From NCBI GenBank assembly GCA_002633005.1, contig NMRA01000131.1, positions 483,798-547,797 on the forward strand: a stretch of DNA of 64,000 bases, given 5' to 3'. Position 1 is the first letter of the stretch, and each line of letters begins with the position of its first letter. Below the pieces are notes generated by a model. That model had not been told where the DNA came from. It searched no databases and saw nothing but the letters and a program-made list of their open reading frames with translations. The DNA is from Phoronis australis (Eukaryota; Animalia; Phoronida). The position numbers and the translations under genes are program-made. Positions 1-14,520 of the stretch are shown piece after piece.

Positions 1-3000
1 ATACGCATGTACTTTTAAGAAAATCGATTTTGACACCAGAGCGTGGCGTGTAGGCGCCTTAATTCAAAACAATTGGCACTCGACAGTGAATGAAACGGGA
101 TGTCCCCACGGGTAATTGTGGTGTTATCTAAACAGCGCTCAGTAAATACATGATATGAACAAAGTTAACATTCACAGTAAGTTTCCAATTTAGTTTACCC
201 AGAGACAGAGTAAAAGCAGAAAACACCAAACACCGTTGTTTTAGAATCTTTTGGCGGTAATTTCACTTTCGCTTGGTCTGTTCACAAAATTGTAAAATAT
301 CTACAAAATAGTAGAGTAAATTTAGTCAAGGCTTGTTTACACGTGTACATGTACAGTTTTCTTGCATGGAATTGCCTCGTTGATCCCACTGCAGTGTCTG
401 GATTGTTGATAAGTCTCACTAGTTGGCCCTATCTTAACAACAACACAAATTGGAGTGACATTTTACTTCTTGTTGATTGATTCATGAAATATGCACCTCA
501 GCTCGACCTAATTGATACCTATCAGTTCAGTATATATTTGAAATTAAAAAATAGCGCTTTGACACACAGTATACAACAATGACTACTTTCACCACGTAAA
601 ACTGAAAAAAGAGGTTATATGTATTTGCATTGCGTCAGTCAGTTTGCAGCTGGGATGGATGGGCAAAAAAATGTATTTCCTGTTGTTCTCAAACTGCCAT
701 CTGGAAATGAATGTTTTTACAGAGTGTTACGAACATACAACGGTCATTCCAATGCAAGGCACACACCCTAACAATGGCGCAATTATGAATTGTAACAATC
801 AGAGATCAACAAGACCTTGCACCGACGTATGCTAGCAAAACCTAGAAAACGCACGTGTTTTTCACATACATTGAAAATGATTTAACTTATGAAGACACAT
901 TATGTGCATACTGTGAGGGAAACTGCGATATCAAGTTGATGGAAATCGGAGCCCAACGACTGAGAGCTATTGTATGTGCACACCATTCCGGTGTTCAGGC
1001 ATAAGCCTACTTGGCAGAAACCAATGTACACTAGCAGCACCAACCGCTTTTTATCAACCATGGGTAGATGAAGCTAGTCAAGGAGCAGTAAAATTTTTGT
1101 TTAATCATTTGAAACTAAAGTGCCAACTGCATTATATTTGGATTGAACGCTACATTTCCGCTGGTTAACGGAGATCCTGCCAGGCAGACTGACACGGCTC
1201 CAGTGAACCACATACCGTAGGCGATCGATACAATGTAAAAGTATTGAGAAAATTTCCTTGCGATACAGGTCAAGATGTTCAAACAGCAGACATTTGTCGA
1301 AGCCAATGCTTGTGAAACTAAGCCATGTGTGAAGAAAACGATGTTAGACATTACTAAGGCATAGAACACGTTCTTTGCTCAGAGCGACGCCTCGTGGAAT
1401 GGACTGCTGGGTACTGGTCGACTTCTCGAGAATCGTATTTCTTCCTTCACAAGTAGCAAAAACCTATCAGTGTGTTAATCAATCGTTGATAAAAATGGTG
1501 TAGCAACGTGTCCAAAACGTCGAATTGAATCTAACGTCACCTCAAATTTTGTTCAATTTTTCATTTACTGCTGAAGTTAACATTGATGTGTTTAAAAGCA
1601 GATCATAAATGTGGATAACACAACAAAAAATTAATAACTAATAAAAAATTCAGTAGTAGTGTAGCACAAACTAATATCTTATGATTCTTGTTGACTGGTC
1701 AACTGGTTAGCTTTCGAGGTTACCAATTTTCACATAAGCCGACTTAATCTACTTATTTTATGTCTATTTTTAGTTTTGTACTTCATTTTACTTGCTAAGA
1801 AACGAATCTCTATACGTCCAAATATCTGTCAATTGGTGAACTATTATGAAACGTAGACAATCAGTGTTTTGATGCCGCGGTTATAAAGACATGACGCTGC
1901 AAATATCACGTGTTATAACCCCCCCCCCCTTATTTTCGTAAAAGGTTAGGCTACGCTTCACGTGCCCTGGCAACACATCCGGGTCAGAAACAACGAACAT
2001 GTTGTGTTCGTCTGCGCTAGCACGAACAATATCATCAAATTTCCCTTGCTGTTCGAGGGCTATTTCGCTTTAAGATTGACGATTTTCATTTGGGAATCTT
2101 AAAATTGAACCCAGGTGCTGAAAAGAAATGGAGTAAAATTAGTAACTTTCTCCAAAAATAATCATTTTTAGAAATAAAAGTCAACTCTGGTGTTGGACAA
2201 AATGAAAACTGTATCAAATTAAATTTTACAATAGGAAGCTTATGTAGTTCTTCATGCCCTAATTTAGTGGTCTCGGCGAAAAAAGCAAGTTGGTGTTTAG
2301 ACAAAATTGCTAAAAACGATCCCCATTGATTGATTTACTGCAAAAATACACCGTTATAGTAATTTTTAACAGTAAAAGCTTCGTAAAATTCCTTTTTGTT
2401 TGTGCTTTGCAAATAACTTACGAATGTGTTTAAAGAATACTTCACATATGGAATATGACATAACCCAAGTTACGTATACCTACAACAATGCCTTATCTGT
2501 TAACAAGACAGAACCACAGGTTACGCATAAATTGTCACTGGATTAGCCATAGTCTTTACCAATGTCCCGAGAGAGTGGTGAGTGACGGGAGGTAACTCTT
2601 TGTATCATTTAACGCTTTTTGGGTAAGATAATAACAATAATGTATGTATTTTTTCACTTTCCCGTACAGTGCACCCAGGTGTCTACATTCTTTCCATAGT
2701 GCGGCACTATTGTTAACTTAAAACCTTTTGCCCTTGATCGCACATCTATGTACTTGCATATGTCGAGATCTTTAAGAAGGTCGTGGTGTGGCGCTGTTTC
2801 ACGCTAATTTTTGCTCTTACTTCACATTTAAGACAAAACGAGTTCATATACTGCTGCTTTGTTCCAGTGAGAAAGTTCCAAATTGATTAAAATGGCCAAA
2901 CACGATTACGTGAAATGCGGGTCGCGTGGACATTGGAAAGGGTGATGCAAAAATAACGCTGCTTCAAATTATTTCGCTATTGACTGCTTTAACAAGAAAT

Positions 3001-4020
3001 CTGCATTTGCTTGAAAGTAAGTATTTAAGACTGTGCCTTGTGGTGTACGGTTAGAGGACTCAGGAGACTTGGCCTAGTTTTTCCTAAGTAATTACTACTC
3101 GATTATTCCAATAACCGCTATGTTCTTTCAAGGCTCCGAGAGCACCCGACCGGAAGTTAAAACACCTGCGCTGTGGCGTGCGCTGTGGGGCTGGTAGTGC
3201 CAACCTTGGGGCAACAGTGTCTTATAAAGACGAGTCAACGAGAATTACAGTTAATTATGCAATAAACTGGCACACACTTTGAGTCGAATTATAGAATCTG
3301 AAAAGCTCCTAATTCAATGCATCTAGCAATAGATTACCTCCGAAATAACCTGTAACCGTTACATGAGCCTACCTCTGGTACCAGGGATTTCAATATTTTC
3401 GAACATTTATGGAAATCTAACTTTTACTTTTTTTAGGCAATGCTGTCAATATATTTTCATATTGAAATATGAAACATGGATAATGTTTACTAGCACATAT
3501 TATATACGACTTTCTCAGACACCTAAATCTTTGTTGAAAAGAAAGTTCCATAACTCTTGCCAGCCATCAAAATGCTGGAACAATTCTGACACAACTCTCC
3601 CAAATTGGCAAGCGATTTTCACGTTGTTAGTGAGATACACGACGACTGTGAGGAAAGACTGTGCACCTTAAACCATAGTGACTTAGATGAATACTGCTTT
3701 TAACGGTCATGGAAGGTGCTGTGCGAAATCATCAAATACAGGGATTGGTATACCTTTTAGCAATTGTGGCTTGCTTCGGCAATAACACACCTTAGTTTTT
3801 GAATACATGAATGCATCAGTAATCAAGTGGGCCAAGATACAGATTGGGTATCAAAAATTTAAAACAGCTTACATGAAACGCTAAAGCGGCATTTCGTCCT
3901 GTTTGGCTGGCTGAAACACGCAAATCGTATTTCGCGTTTTACTCTCGTAAAATTGTTCTCATAGTATTCCTTATCGTGATATGATTATGTTTCCGTTACA
4001 AACAGTAATACAGGGAATGT

Positions 4021-4293
4021 CTACATTTGCCATTTCTGAATTCGCTATTTCGGTTTCTTGAGTCATTGATGGTTTCGCTGTTCTTGTTTGTAATGGAAAT
4101 AGAATCCTACCGTGGTAAGGAATATCATACGGCCGATTCCAAGAAAGTGGAAGACCTACATTTGCCATTTCTGAATTCGCTATTTCGGTTTCTTGAGTCA
4201 TTGATGGTTTCGCTGTTCTTGTTTGTAATGGAAATAGAATCCTATCGTAGTAAGGAATATTATACGGCCGATTCAAAGAAAGTGGAAGACCTA
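4021..4293. repeat. Tandem duplication, 2 x 135 bp
   Basis: ctacatttgccatttctgaattcgc... starts at 4021 and again at 4156 with few mismatches; explains the internally repeated ORFs 4027+ and 3971-. Confidence 0.95.
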
Positions 4294-7262
4294 ATCCGAT
4301 TTTCGTTTTTAGCCAGCTATTACAGGGTGAAATGCAATCTGAACTTGTTAATAATATCAACTGATCTACGTCTTACGTAGTCACATGATAAGCGAGAAAC
4401 TGAAACAATCTAAGCAAAAAATCCCAACGAATGTCCATTATATTCAGCTTCAAGTGTGAAAAATGTCTGTTGATTTTTCATCATACAGAGTCTGCTTATG
4501 ATGTTTGTATTCAGCCAGGGCAACCTGGGGCGTAATATACTAACGAATAGGTATTGTCAACGCTTTATCATCATGCCCAAGTTTGGAACACACGTCCTCA
4601 TAAAATATCGGATCCACCATGCCGGTACAATTGAACGTCAAATCCACAAGTAATTCCAAGTTTCACTGAGAATGTTATCCGTTATGCAAGTCTATAGTCC
4701 AAGACCACAGTCACCCTTAAGCACTTGTTCACATAGAGTAATTTTTTTATTGATTTTTAATTCCAAGCATCAGTTTAGCTTAATTTGTGTTGAAAGTATC
4801 GCCACTAAAACGCACTAATACCGCCATATGCAGGCTCACTGGTTGTCGCGAGCCTTTTATATCAATCTACATTTTAAAACATACACGTCTAAAAGCTTTC
4901 TAATCAATTACCTAATTGCAAAGGTACATCTCTATTGTATGCCTACATACGTTTGCTGCTTCTTCTGAAAACAACCAATCACATAGCACAAAGGTTGCAT
5001 TTTGAAGAAGTGAGGAACCTTTCATTTGCTATGTTTTAGTAGGTTCAATCTTTTGTGATAGTTTGCTTTCAAATGATGCAAATTTTCAATATCTGTTTAA
5101 TTTTTCGAATACAAGAAACTCCATAGAAAGTGAGTTGCAGGACTCGTCCATAACCACTTAACAACGGTAACCATGGAATTTTATTAAAAAAATGAAATGC
5201 TTGTTTCAAAATCTCGGAAACCGGTATTAGAAGCTGTTCACGTTACACAGTTTAATTAGTTCGTTTTAACGATTGTATTTTATTAATTTTTTATCTCCTA
5301 CAGGAAAGTTGGATTTCGTAGCATTAACTGGGTTGCTCAGATGGCATGATACAAAGATAGCATATTGTCGCGTCTAAAGATTGATTACAACAGATGAAGC
5401 ATTTCCGGGGAATCATCTAAAGTTTGCCACCAACGGCACTCATGCACGTGAAATCAATTAATCAAAAATGAAATGCTTAGTAATTATATGAGGCTAATAG
5501 ACATACAGCTTCACAAGTCTACATAATTAACGAATCAAAATACGAACCAGAAGACTAGGTGGTTAACTTACCCGTGAATAAATGAGTGATTGGAAATTAA
5601 ACTGTCATCTTGATCCATTAGATAGATATGAAGATTAACTCAACAGACACCTTGTAAACGAAACTGTTGATATCTATCATATCGCAATAGATAATTAGTC
5701 ACCCACTGTTGTACCGATGGTAAAAGAAATTCAAACAAAGACCAGTGTGCCTAACGGATATGCTAAGATATGTGAATGTTCCACGCGCCGTTAGCATTTT
5801 GCTTTCTTTTCAGTTCAACAAAATCCAAGAAATCCTTGTTTGCTTCAATGAAAAAGCCAACTTACCACCAAATAAATTCTGACTGAGACATCCACACATA
5901 CGTGGTCTGCGAAGACAATAAAGAACGGCTTCTTGCCATCAACGCGTCACATTCGATCGGCCATATTGTCGACGCCAACAGAACCTGGCTTAGGAACAGT
6001 CACAAAAGATACTGCCGTGCTTGTTACTAGCCTTGAAAGCCTCAGAACTGCCAACGTCAGAAAGAAAATAACATGTGAGAGAAGAGTCCAAACTTGTTGA
6101 TAAATCCGTCTAGAATTCTAAATGGACATTCTTGCTGAAAAGAAATAAAGAACTTTGGGACCAGAAACCATATGAAGCGATGCGCTGTGCCGAAGTCGAT
6201 TGTCTAGCATACGCGATGAGTCGAGTATCGATTTTGAAAATGTAATTTATGGAATCCGCATTTATGCACCAATATATAAATAAGTTCTCGTCGAAAACGC
6301 AGATGGGTAAACCCCTACGGGTATATGGTAAGCTTTGAGCACGCATTTACTGCAAGACATATTATCGAATATGAGGCGCTTCTCACGTTCAAAATGGCTG
6401 AAACAAGCTAGAGCAGCTATTGGCCAATATCAAAGTCCAGTTCAAGAGTCCGTGAATTCATAACGAGTCACTTGTCGAATTTTTGCTTAAAAAGAAATTT
6501 CGTAACCAAGATTTCCTATTCTGAGGTGGCCTGAAAATTATTGTTGAAAACACATTTCACATTTTTCACTTTACCCCACTAATTACTAGACTTGCCGGGG
6601 TTCAAACCGAACATGATGATCCATTTCGGTCCCCAAACCAACAGAGGCGCCAGAAATGTCAACCCACAGTGCAATGGAAAATTAATTCCCTCCGTGACTG
6701 CTGCATAACGAAATCTTGGAACTGGTATTAAACTTAAAGTATGCCGTTCGAAGAAGACTATGCTCCTGCTTCACCAATCTTGCACTAACGCAACGTTCTG
6801 GTATATTCGTGTTTCTCATAAATTAGCTTGTGTATCCGATACATGTGAGGCAGCTCATCCATTCAGATATTGATCGTTGCTAATTCTGGTGATGAAAAGC
6901 AATCGTAGCCACTAACTAGCAATTAGTAGGGTGATCAGGAGTTGTAAGAAAATATATAAACTTACACTATTACCGAGCTTTAACGTTTGATTTCTGAGTT
7001 ATTTAAAAACCAAAAATCTATGCGAGGCCAGTGATTAAAAAATGCCACTGTTGTAATTATGACGCATGAAATATCGACGTTTTCATACCCACTTGACCCG
7101 AGCATAGAATCTATTCGTGTCGCCACCAATTCTGCCGCCGATAAAACACAAAAATATAATGGCCTACGTTACCCTGTCATGGACGACATACCGTAATCAA
7201 TAAATTCACCAATATTATTATCCCATCACTTGCATCAGAACAATATTCGTCAATGCCACATC

Positions 7263-7612
7263 CTTACCCACACAACCATCGTTGTCCCAGCCTTGTCCAC
7301 ACAACCTTTGTTATCCCATCCTTACCCACAAACCATCGCTGTCCCATCCTTACCCACACAGCCATCGCTGTCCCATCCTTACCCACAAAGCATCGCTGTC
7401 CCATCCTTACCCACACAAACATCGTTGTCCCATCCTTACCCACACAAACATCGTTGTCCCATCCTTACCCACACAACCATCGTTGTCCCATCCTTACCCA
7501 CACAAGTATCGTTGTCCCATCCTTACCCACACAACCATCGCTGTCCCATCCTTACTCACACAACCATCGTTGTCCCATCCTTACCCACACAAGTATCGTT
7601 GTCCCATCCTCA
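7263..7612. repeat. Minisatellite, 29-bp unit (cttacccacacaaccatcgttgtcccatc), about 12 copies
   Basis: Unit visible directly; produces repetitive ORFs in all three + frames. Confidence 0.95.
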
Positions 7613-7794
7613 CAATCATTGTTCTGCCATCATTACCCGCTCAACCATCATACTACGACTACCAATATCACCATTTTTGGTTAATATTACAGTCACCACC
7701 ACCCAAACCATCTGGTGTCCTTGCCGATAGAGCAATCATGATATGACCACAACATCGCCATCTTTAACAACATTAAACTCATGACCACCGCAAC

Positions 7795-8210
7795 CATCAT
7801 AATAATAATTAATACAATTATTTCATAATACCAATGATACTGCTAGAAATAATTATTATGTCAATTTCAGTATGATTATTATTGTTGTTATTATTGTAAT
7901 TAAAATAACTGTGTTCATAAATGATAGTGACATTGATAATGATATTGATAAACATTATTATCAATAGTAGTATCATTATTATTTCCAATGATTAATAATT
8001 ACTATTATCATTACTAATGTCATTAATGTTGTTATAATTATTATGATTATTATTCTTTTTGTTATCATTATTATTATCATTACAATTGCTTTTATAATTA
8101 TTATATACATTATTGCGATTATTAATATTGTTGATTTTTGTTATTATTTCTATGCATTATTGTAGTAATAGTGACTACTTTTGACACTGAAACTGCTAAT
8201 ATTTATTAAG
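7795..8210. repeat. Degenerate (ATT/AAT)n low-complexity tract
   Basis: Runs of attattatc/ttattattg. Confidence 0.85.
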
Positions 8211-11200
8211 ATTAGCTTCAGCATTACTGTCTTGTTATTTTTGCTGTTGGTACTGTGACCTTAAATTATCTTGCATTCAATTTTCAACCGAAAATTACAA
8301 GAGTAAGCATGTCTCTGATGAATGTAAACAAAAACCGATTATCAGATATTTAAATAATTGTTAAACTTTATTAATTAAACAATTCAAAAGGACAAATTTT
8401 GAGGGATGATCCGGGTTATCGCCACACTTACTGTCACAGTGTCTCTCACCTTTGCTGCCACGCCCACTACTGCAACCCCGCAATCATTCCTAATACGGCA
8501 ATCTTTACCGCCATCACCATCACCATTACCTGTGTTATAGGCACTACTGTCACCACATCGCTGCACGCCGCTAAAAGGGTAAAAAGCATGGAGTCACTTT
8601 GGTCCACACCCTGATTTGTACCCCCGCCGCAAATTAAAAATGCTCCTGTTCTGTCGCCACCACTGGACTCGTAACCCGAGAAACGAAACGGGGTGAGGAG
8701 AGTACGTGGCGTCTGTTACCACTTATTGCTATGCTTATTCACATATTCATATTGCTGGCGAGAACCTCAGTTACACACTCGAACAGATATTTTCGTTCCA
8801 CCTGGGAGATTTATTGAAATCTCGTCTTTGAATGTCAGTAAAGTATTGTCTTTAGTACACCATAAATGCCACCTTTAAAGGGACATCTTCGTCCAATAGA
8901 AATAAAGTTCATCCGAAACCAAATCCTCCAGTGTGTCGGCAAGCATGAAGTTTGAAAGCGCTGATCAAATTTGGGCTGCTTCATTTTGTTCGCGGATGCC
9001 CTCTCCAGTTAATAGCTGAAAACAAATTCTACAACGGCAAGGAAACATTTAACTTAACATGAAAGCTTTAAAGTACTTTCTTTCACACTAAAAAGTAGAC
9101 GGGCAGGAAGCGTTGGTATAACATGACCGCATGCATGCGTGCAAGACGTATATAAATATCTGGTTTATACGAAATCAAACTCGTATAGGTGATTCGGGGT
9201 ACTTTTGAGACCTAACTATGAAACAAAGATGTTCTGTATAAAAAAGACCACCATAGCCGCAAAAGTGATTTTGCTGGTTGTTATGGTGATGATGTTAACA
9301 ATGACGACGATGCCAATGACGACGCCAGTGATAAATGTGGAGACAATGATATCTGTAAAGACTATGATAGATGCGGTGGGCTTAAAGACATTGTTAAGCG
9401 CCAGTGAGAATTATTGTGCACGACCGTGACGATGGCGTCGACCAATGTGATTATTTATTAAAGATCTTTATATTACCTTATATCTAACGTCTTGTTTCAT
9501 AACAACTTATACTAAAATTCTATTCGTGTACTCCTGTCTCGTGAGATTCTCGCAGTCCCATCTGTACGGTCGATTCGGCTACTCTGAACGTTTTGTAATA
9601 TAACACACGTCCCAAATGGAATTGCGATCAATGCTTCAGCATCTTTGTCAATATCTGTTCATACAGACATCTGCTATTAATACGGAAAGTCCTTGCAATT
9701 TCACCAGCTTCCCACAGTTTTCAGATTTAAACCAGGAAATAATAACTGAATATTGTGTTCTAATTTAATAAATAGTGACAAAACGGATTCCAAGATTTAT
9801 CTAATTTTAATTTACATAAGTAAGTTTTTTGCTATGCAATAAATTTAGTGTTTTCCTGTTGTGTTTGCGTTCTGCATGTGACTTTTTAATTCAAAATCGT
9901 TATCTTAACTGAGTGCCCGATAAGAGACTGTAACACCTCTAATTGCAAAAAAGGCAATGACTTGTGCATTGGAAGAAATATTGTGATTGTGTCTATGGAA
10001 AATTCATGTGCGTGGATGGGTTCAAACTTCAGTATCTCTTCCGATCGTGACGGATCATAACCGATCGTTGCCTGTTACGCGTTCCACTCGGTCATCAGGC
10101 ATAGATATTTCTCTGTGAATCATATTCCTCAAGTCCTTGGGAATTATTCATATCTTGCCCAATCGATTATAGGATGTAATAAAAGTTTGCAACAGCGTCT
10201 ATTATCAACAAGATGGCAGAAACGGGAATTTTGGATAACCTTACCCTCTCCGGATGCAGACAATAATTCCGTAGTTAGTGACACGACTGGTGCGGTGTGG
10301 GTTTGCCGCTTTTTCGATCTTGCCTATAATCTGGGAATCATAACACTCGCCATTCTCTCCTAATCTGCTAACAAAGCGAATCAGTTTCGATATGAGAAGG
10401 AAATGTAAGATTTTAAAACGGGAAGCTGCTATCTAAAACTTGTTTTAGGCAATGAACAAGGTTGATATTGTCTTGTAAATTTTCAGTGTATAGTCAGCCA
10501 CCAGGTGGCGAGACATGCTCGACCTCGAGTCGGCTCACCCATAAAGTGTCAAGGAAGACGGTATTTCGCGAGAGTCCGCTTCAAAAGCAGTTTGGCAAAG
10601 AACAGTTTTAAAACTAGATGAAGCTTCCGACTTTAGGTAGAATGTCTAGTGGTGATTGTGACATAAACACATGTTGAGAAAGTTTCACTTAGGTGGATGC
10701 AACGAAGATAGTCAAAATAATTCACTATAAGAAGGTTTCTATACTGGCAAGTGAAACCGAAATCTGATTTTGAAAAGCCATCGTCACCTAAAGGTGTTAG
10801 GACAAGTTATGAACAGTTGCAGTTGCATAACCTATTTTCTCACATGGCCTGGAATGTATTAAGACACGACTGGTTAATAATAAGCATGGTTTGTATGTCA
10901 TGCTTCTGTTTTTTACATATGCGTATGCGTATTTACTGAATTTTATTATTGCGTTTGATATGAAAGTACTGTGGGCCGATGGCCTCGAGTATTAATAAAC
11001 GTATTTAACACCGAGTATGTAACTTTTTGATATTACATGGGCAAATCACAAAGTAGAAATCCATGCGCTTTACGGTTTATGGTCTTCAAAACACTAATAC
11101 CTACAACCAAACGCGCGCCAACCAAACAATGCTAGAATCCCGTGAAGGTGACAAGGTTATGATCGGCAAATCGGGTGTCGCAACTGTACGTACTCCCAGG

Positions 11201-12087
11201 ACATGCAAACAACTTCTTAAACGGACTTATCTTCGGCGGCGAATTCAAACGGAGACTACCCCCAACTCAAGAAACGCAGCGGGACTGTGTGCTGTCTCAA
11301 GGTCAATTCGGTGCTCACGCGCGGGGAACCCCTCACTGTTATTTATAAACATTTGTTAAGTTTTAGTATTACAACTTCAAAGACTATTGATTAGATTCTG
11401 ACTTGAACATTTGTTACCAAAGCTGAAAGCAATTTACAATTGTTAGGTCTAAAATAAAAGTACTAATTAAAAGGACTTGAGTTTGCTTTACATTGCGCAA
11501 GCGTGTTTTTACAAAAGTTGCGTCATATAGTTAAAAGTTTTAGACACGTCTATTTTTTCGGCAAAAATATAGTTTTTACAGTTCATGTGAGAGAAACAAA
11601 ATCAAATTTCGTCAAAATTTTTCGGCAAGCCTCGGGATTTTGACGAAATTTCCAAGAGGATTTGCCCAAGTCATAAACCTGACACAAGTATAGGATTCTC
11701 TATATTACAAATCAACATTTTTGCTCCCATAAATGTTCAGGTTTTCACTTTCTATATATTGAATTTCGTGGTTATTTGCTCTACCTAAAATCAGTTTATC
11801 ATAGTCGAGTAGGCCAATCACTGCATCACAGGAAAACCTCGCGAAAATTTCGGCTTCGTTAGCCCTGGAGTAAGGAAAGCAGAAATGAAGCCTTAATCAT
11901 GAAAAGAAAGAAGGTTACTTTTAGTATTCAATATGACAAGACAATGTCATGCTGTTTATACGAAAATACCCGTATATGGTAACTATATGAGCATAACTCT
12001 CAGTAACCAGCTTGGCCCGGCAGGGGTTTAATTTCTGTACTCGAAATCGAACTCGAAATTCAATTGACATTTTTTATTCTAATTTTG

Positions 12088-12194
12088 TGCGAACTCAAGA
12101 TATCGTGTATTAGTTTGTGCTTCAGCACAATATGATTTATGCGAACTCAAGATATCGTCTATTAGTTTGTGCTTCAGCACAATATCATTTATGC
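12088..12194. repeat. Tandem duplication, 2 x 52 bp
   Basis: tgcgaactcaagatatcgt... at 12088 and 12140. Confidence 0.9.
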
Positions 12195-13107
12195 ATATGA
12201 GCTTCTGGTCCAAGTTAGCATTGATGTCTCCTAGATTTCAATAAAATCTTTAGATTTCGAGTGAAAATTCGAATTTTCGATAACAGACTCGGACTTTTAG
12301 GCTTAATGCTGGGGTCATCAAGTAGGATTCGACAATGGCTGTTATTCACGGAAGCCACTATGTCCAGAAGCATAGGATAATAGACGCTTATCTTGATTTC
12401 GCACAAAAGTAGAATGGAAAAGGCCAAACATAATTTCAAGTTCTGTTTCGAGTAAAAAGATTACTGAGACCCCTGCCGGGCCTCAATATCAGTAGCAATG
12501 TAGAACACGATAGGATTAGCTTACAAATTAATTGTATCTGCAGAGCATCGCTTCGCAGTTTTAAGTTTAATTTGTACGAAAACAAGCTGTTGTTACTCAA
12601 ATTAGGGGGACTGTATAGCAATTGAAATTTCGGTTTATGTTTTTATCCAAGCCGGCACTAACACTGGCCGCGGCAAAGCACAATTCGTTAGCGAAGGTAT
12701 GCACTAAATCCCCAGCGTTTATTTGTTCCCGGTGAGCAGCAGGTAGATCAGTTATATGTTCACTGAGTCAGTTGAATGCAGTGGAACAATTTCGGCAAAA
12801 CGATGACCCACAGAACACCACATCGAGCCTTGTTTCCCACCCTTTACCTTCATGAGAAAGACCAAATCGCAAACCACACTGCAGAGACCTCTGGCGTTAA
12901 ACAAATTATATGCGCCCGAAGGAAGGGTAACATGCCAGACGGCGGACAAAGAAATTGATTTTGCTGTAACCGAACAGCAGTGATAAATGCATTATAATAA
13001 CACATCGACTTATTATTTTGTAGATAGCTATATCGTAATTTCTGTGGGAAATTTTTATTCGGATGTAAAACGATCATTTTAAGATTAAATTGGGAAATCT
13101 CTTCAGG

Positions 13108-13312
13108 ACCACCATCATCTTCTTCATCGTCACCATCCATCATCATTGTCATCATGACCATCAACATCATCTTCTCATCACCATCATCATCACCACCATC
13201 ACCATCATCATCATCACCATCATCACTACCACCATCACCATCACCATCATCACCATCATCACCACACCATCACCATCACCGTTTTCGTCATGGCCATCCC
13301 TATCATCATCAT
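13108..13312. repeat. (CAT/CAC)n degenerate microsatellite
   Basis: catcatcaccaccatc runs; source of the poly-H/S/I/D ORFs. Confidence 0.9.
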
Positions 13313-14361
13313 GTGTGTACAAGCCTTAGATCTCCAAACACAAATGCCTTTTCATTGGAAACCGACATACATGTATGTACAGTTAAAAAAGACACAATAG
13401 GAAATGTGAAGAAAATAGTGTACAGTATTCATACATTACGCATTCATTGATGAACTGATATATTAGACTCCATTATATCATCGTGACCGCGACCATTATC
13501 ACCACCAACGCCATCGTTACATCCACGTCTACCTCCACCGGAACCAACATGACTGCTTGCTATCAATGCATCAGGAATATATAATGTATTTAACATCACA
13601 ACTCTACTCCCTTGCTCATTGCTGACATATTGTATAATATCACAACATTTTATAGTGTATCTAATATCAAATTAATATGTTGAAACACTGCATTCACATT
13701 TTCATATATTACGACAGTCTTGACACGTTCGACCAGGTGTCGGAATCTAACGACAGTTGATTGATTGTGGAGTACCCAAGACTGTGTCTAAATACAGACT
13801 GGTTGTCGGCCAACGACGAACGACATTGCATCTTCTCAATCTTATATAAGTAAGGGTTGAACATATCTAATCTCTGGTCGAAGAGTTTGGATGGAACATA
13901 AGCGCAAAGGCAGGGCCTTCTCTAAACCATTCTGTTTATAATTGTTGGAGAACGTTGTTCATAGGATGTCGCTAAAGATTGCTGAATTATCCTTGACAGA
14001 AATGTTGCCATAGACACGCCATCACCTATTCCCCAAAACAGTTTAAAAGTTACGTTGGACTAGACTGTTCACCTCAAAGAGGTAGTTCCGATTATATGAA
14101 CCAGTTGTGGATTGGTTTATTCATGACCAATCCTCACTAAGACTACGTCGTGTGACAACCAATAAACCTTAAAATTTTGGGATCTCAGTAGCCAATCTAC
14201 CAAAAGTTGTGAAAATGTAAATTTCGTGGCACAATCACAAGTATTTGTGTTGGCTTTTAATTATGATTACATCACGCGGAAACATGACATAATTTACGAA
14301 TTATGAAACCGATTCCAAACAGTTCCGCCGTTGTTAGAGGGACATCCGGCCATGGAACTAT

Positions 14362-14520
14362 TACAGGGTGTACCAAAAACTTGCTACCCAATCTGATTGT
14401 ACACTACTTTATTTCTTAACACGTTCAAATTTTCAACAATTTGAAACAGAAAGAAAAGGTTTTTGTTTAACACTGATAATTTCCTGTTTTGTCTCCATTT
14501 CTGATAACATTTTCACCGAC
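14362..14520 (+). mobile_element. Tc1/mariner-like terminal fragment (single end)
   Basis: TA followed by CAGGGTGTACCAAAAACTTGCTACCC resembles Tc1/mariner TIR starts; no partner TIR seen. Confidence 0.4.

Noticed and set aside
7263-7612. CRISPR-like repeat length (also 26405-26745 and 50729-50867)
   Set aside because: Head-to-tail units without unique spacers, no cas genes, eukaryotic context
7230-7746. Three overlapping 143-166 aa ORFs
   Set aside because: Artefacts of the stop-free 29-bp minisatellite
10245-10364. Possible - strand exon (LGENGECYDSQ...) with AG/GT ends
   Set aside because: No recognisable protein and no partner exons found
12850-13450. His/Ser/Asp-rich ORFs
   Set aside because: Translation of the CAT/CAC microsatellite
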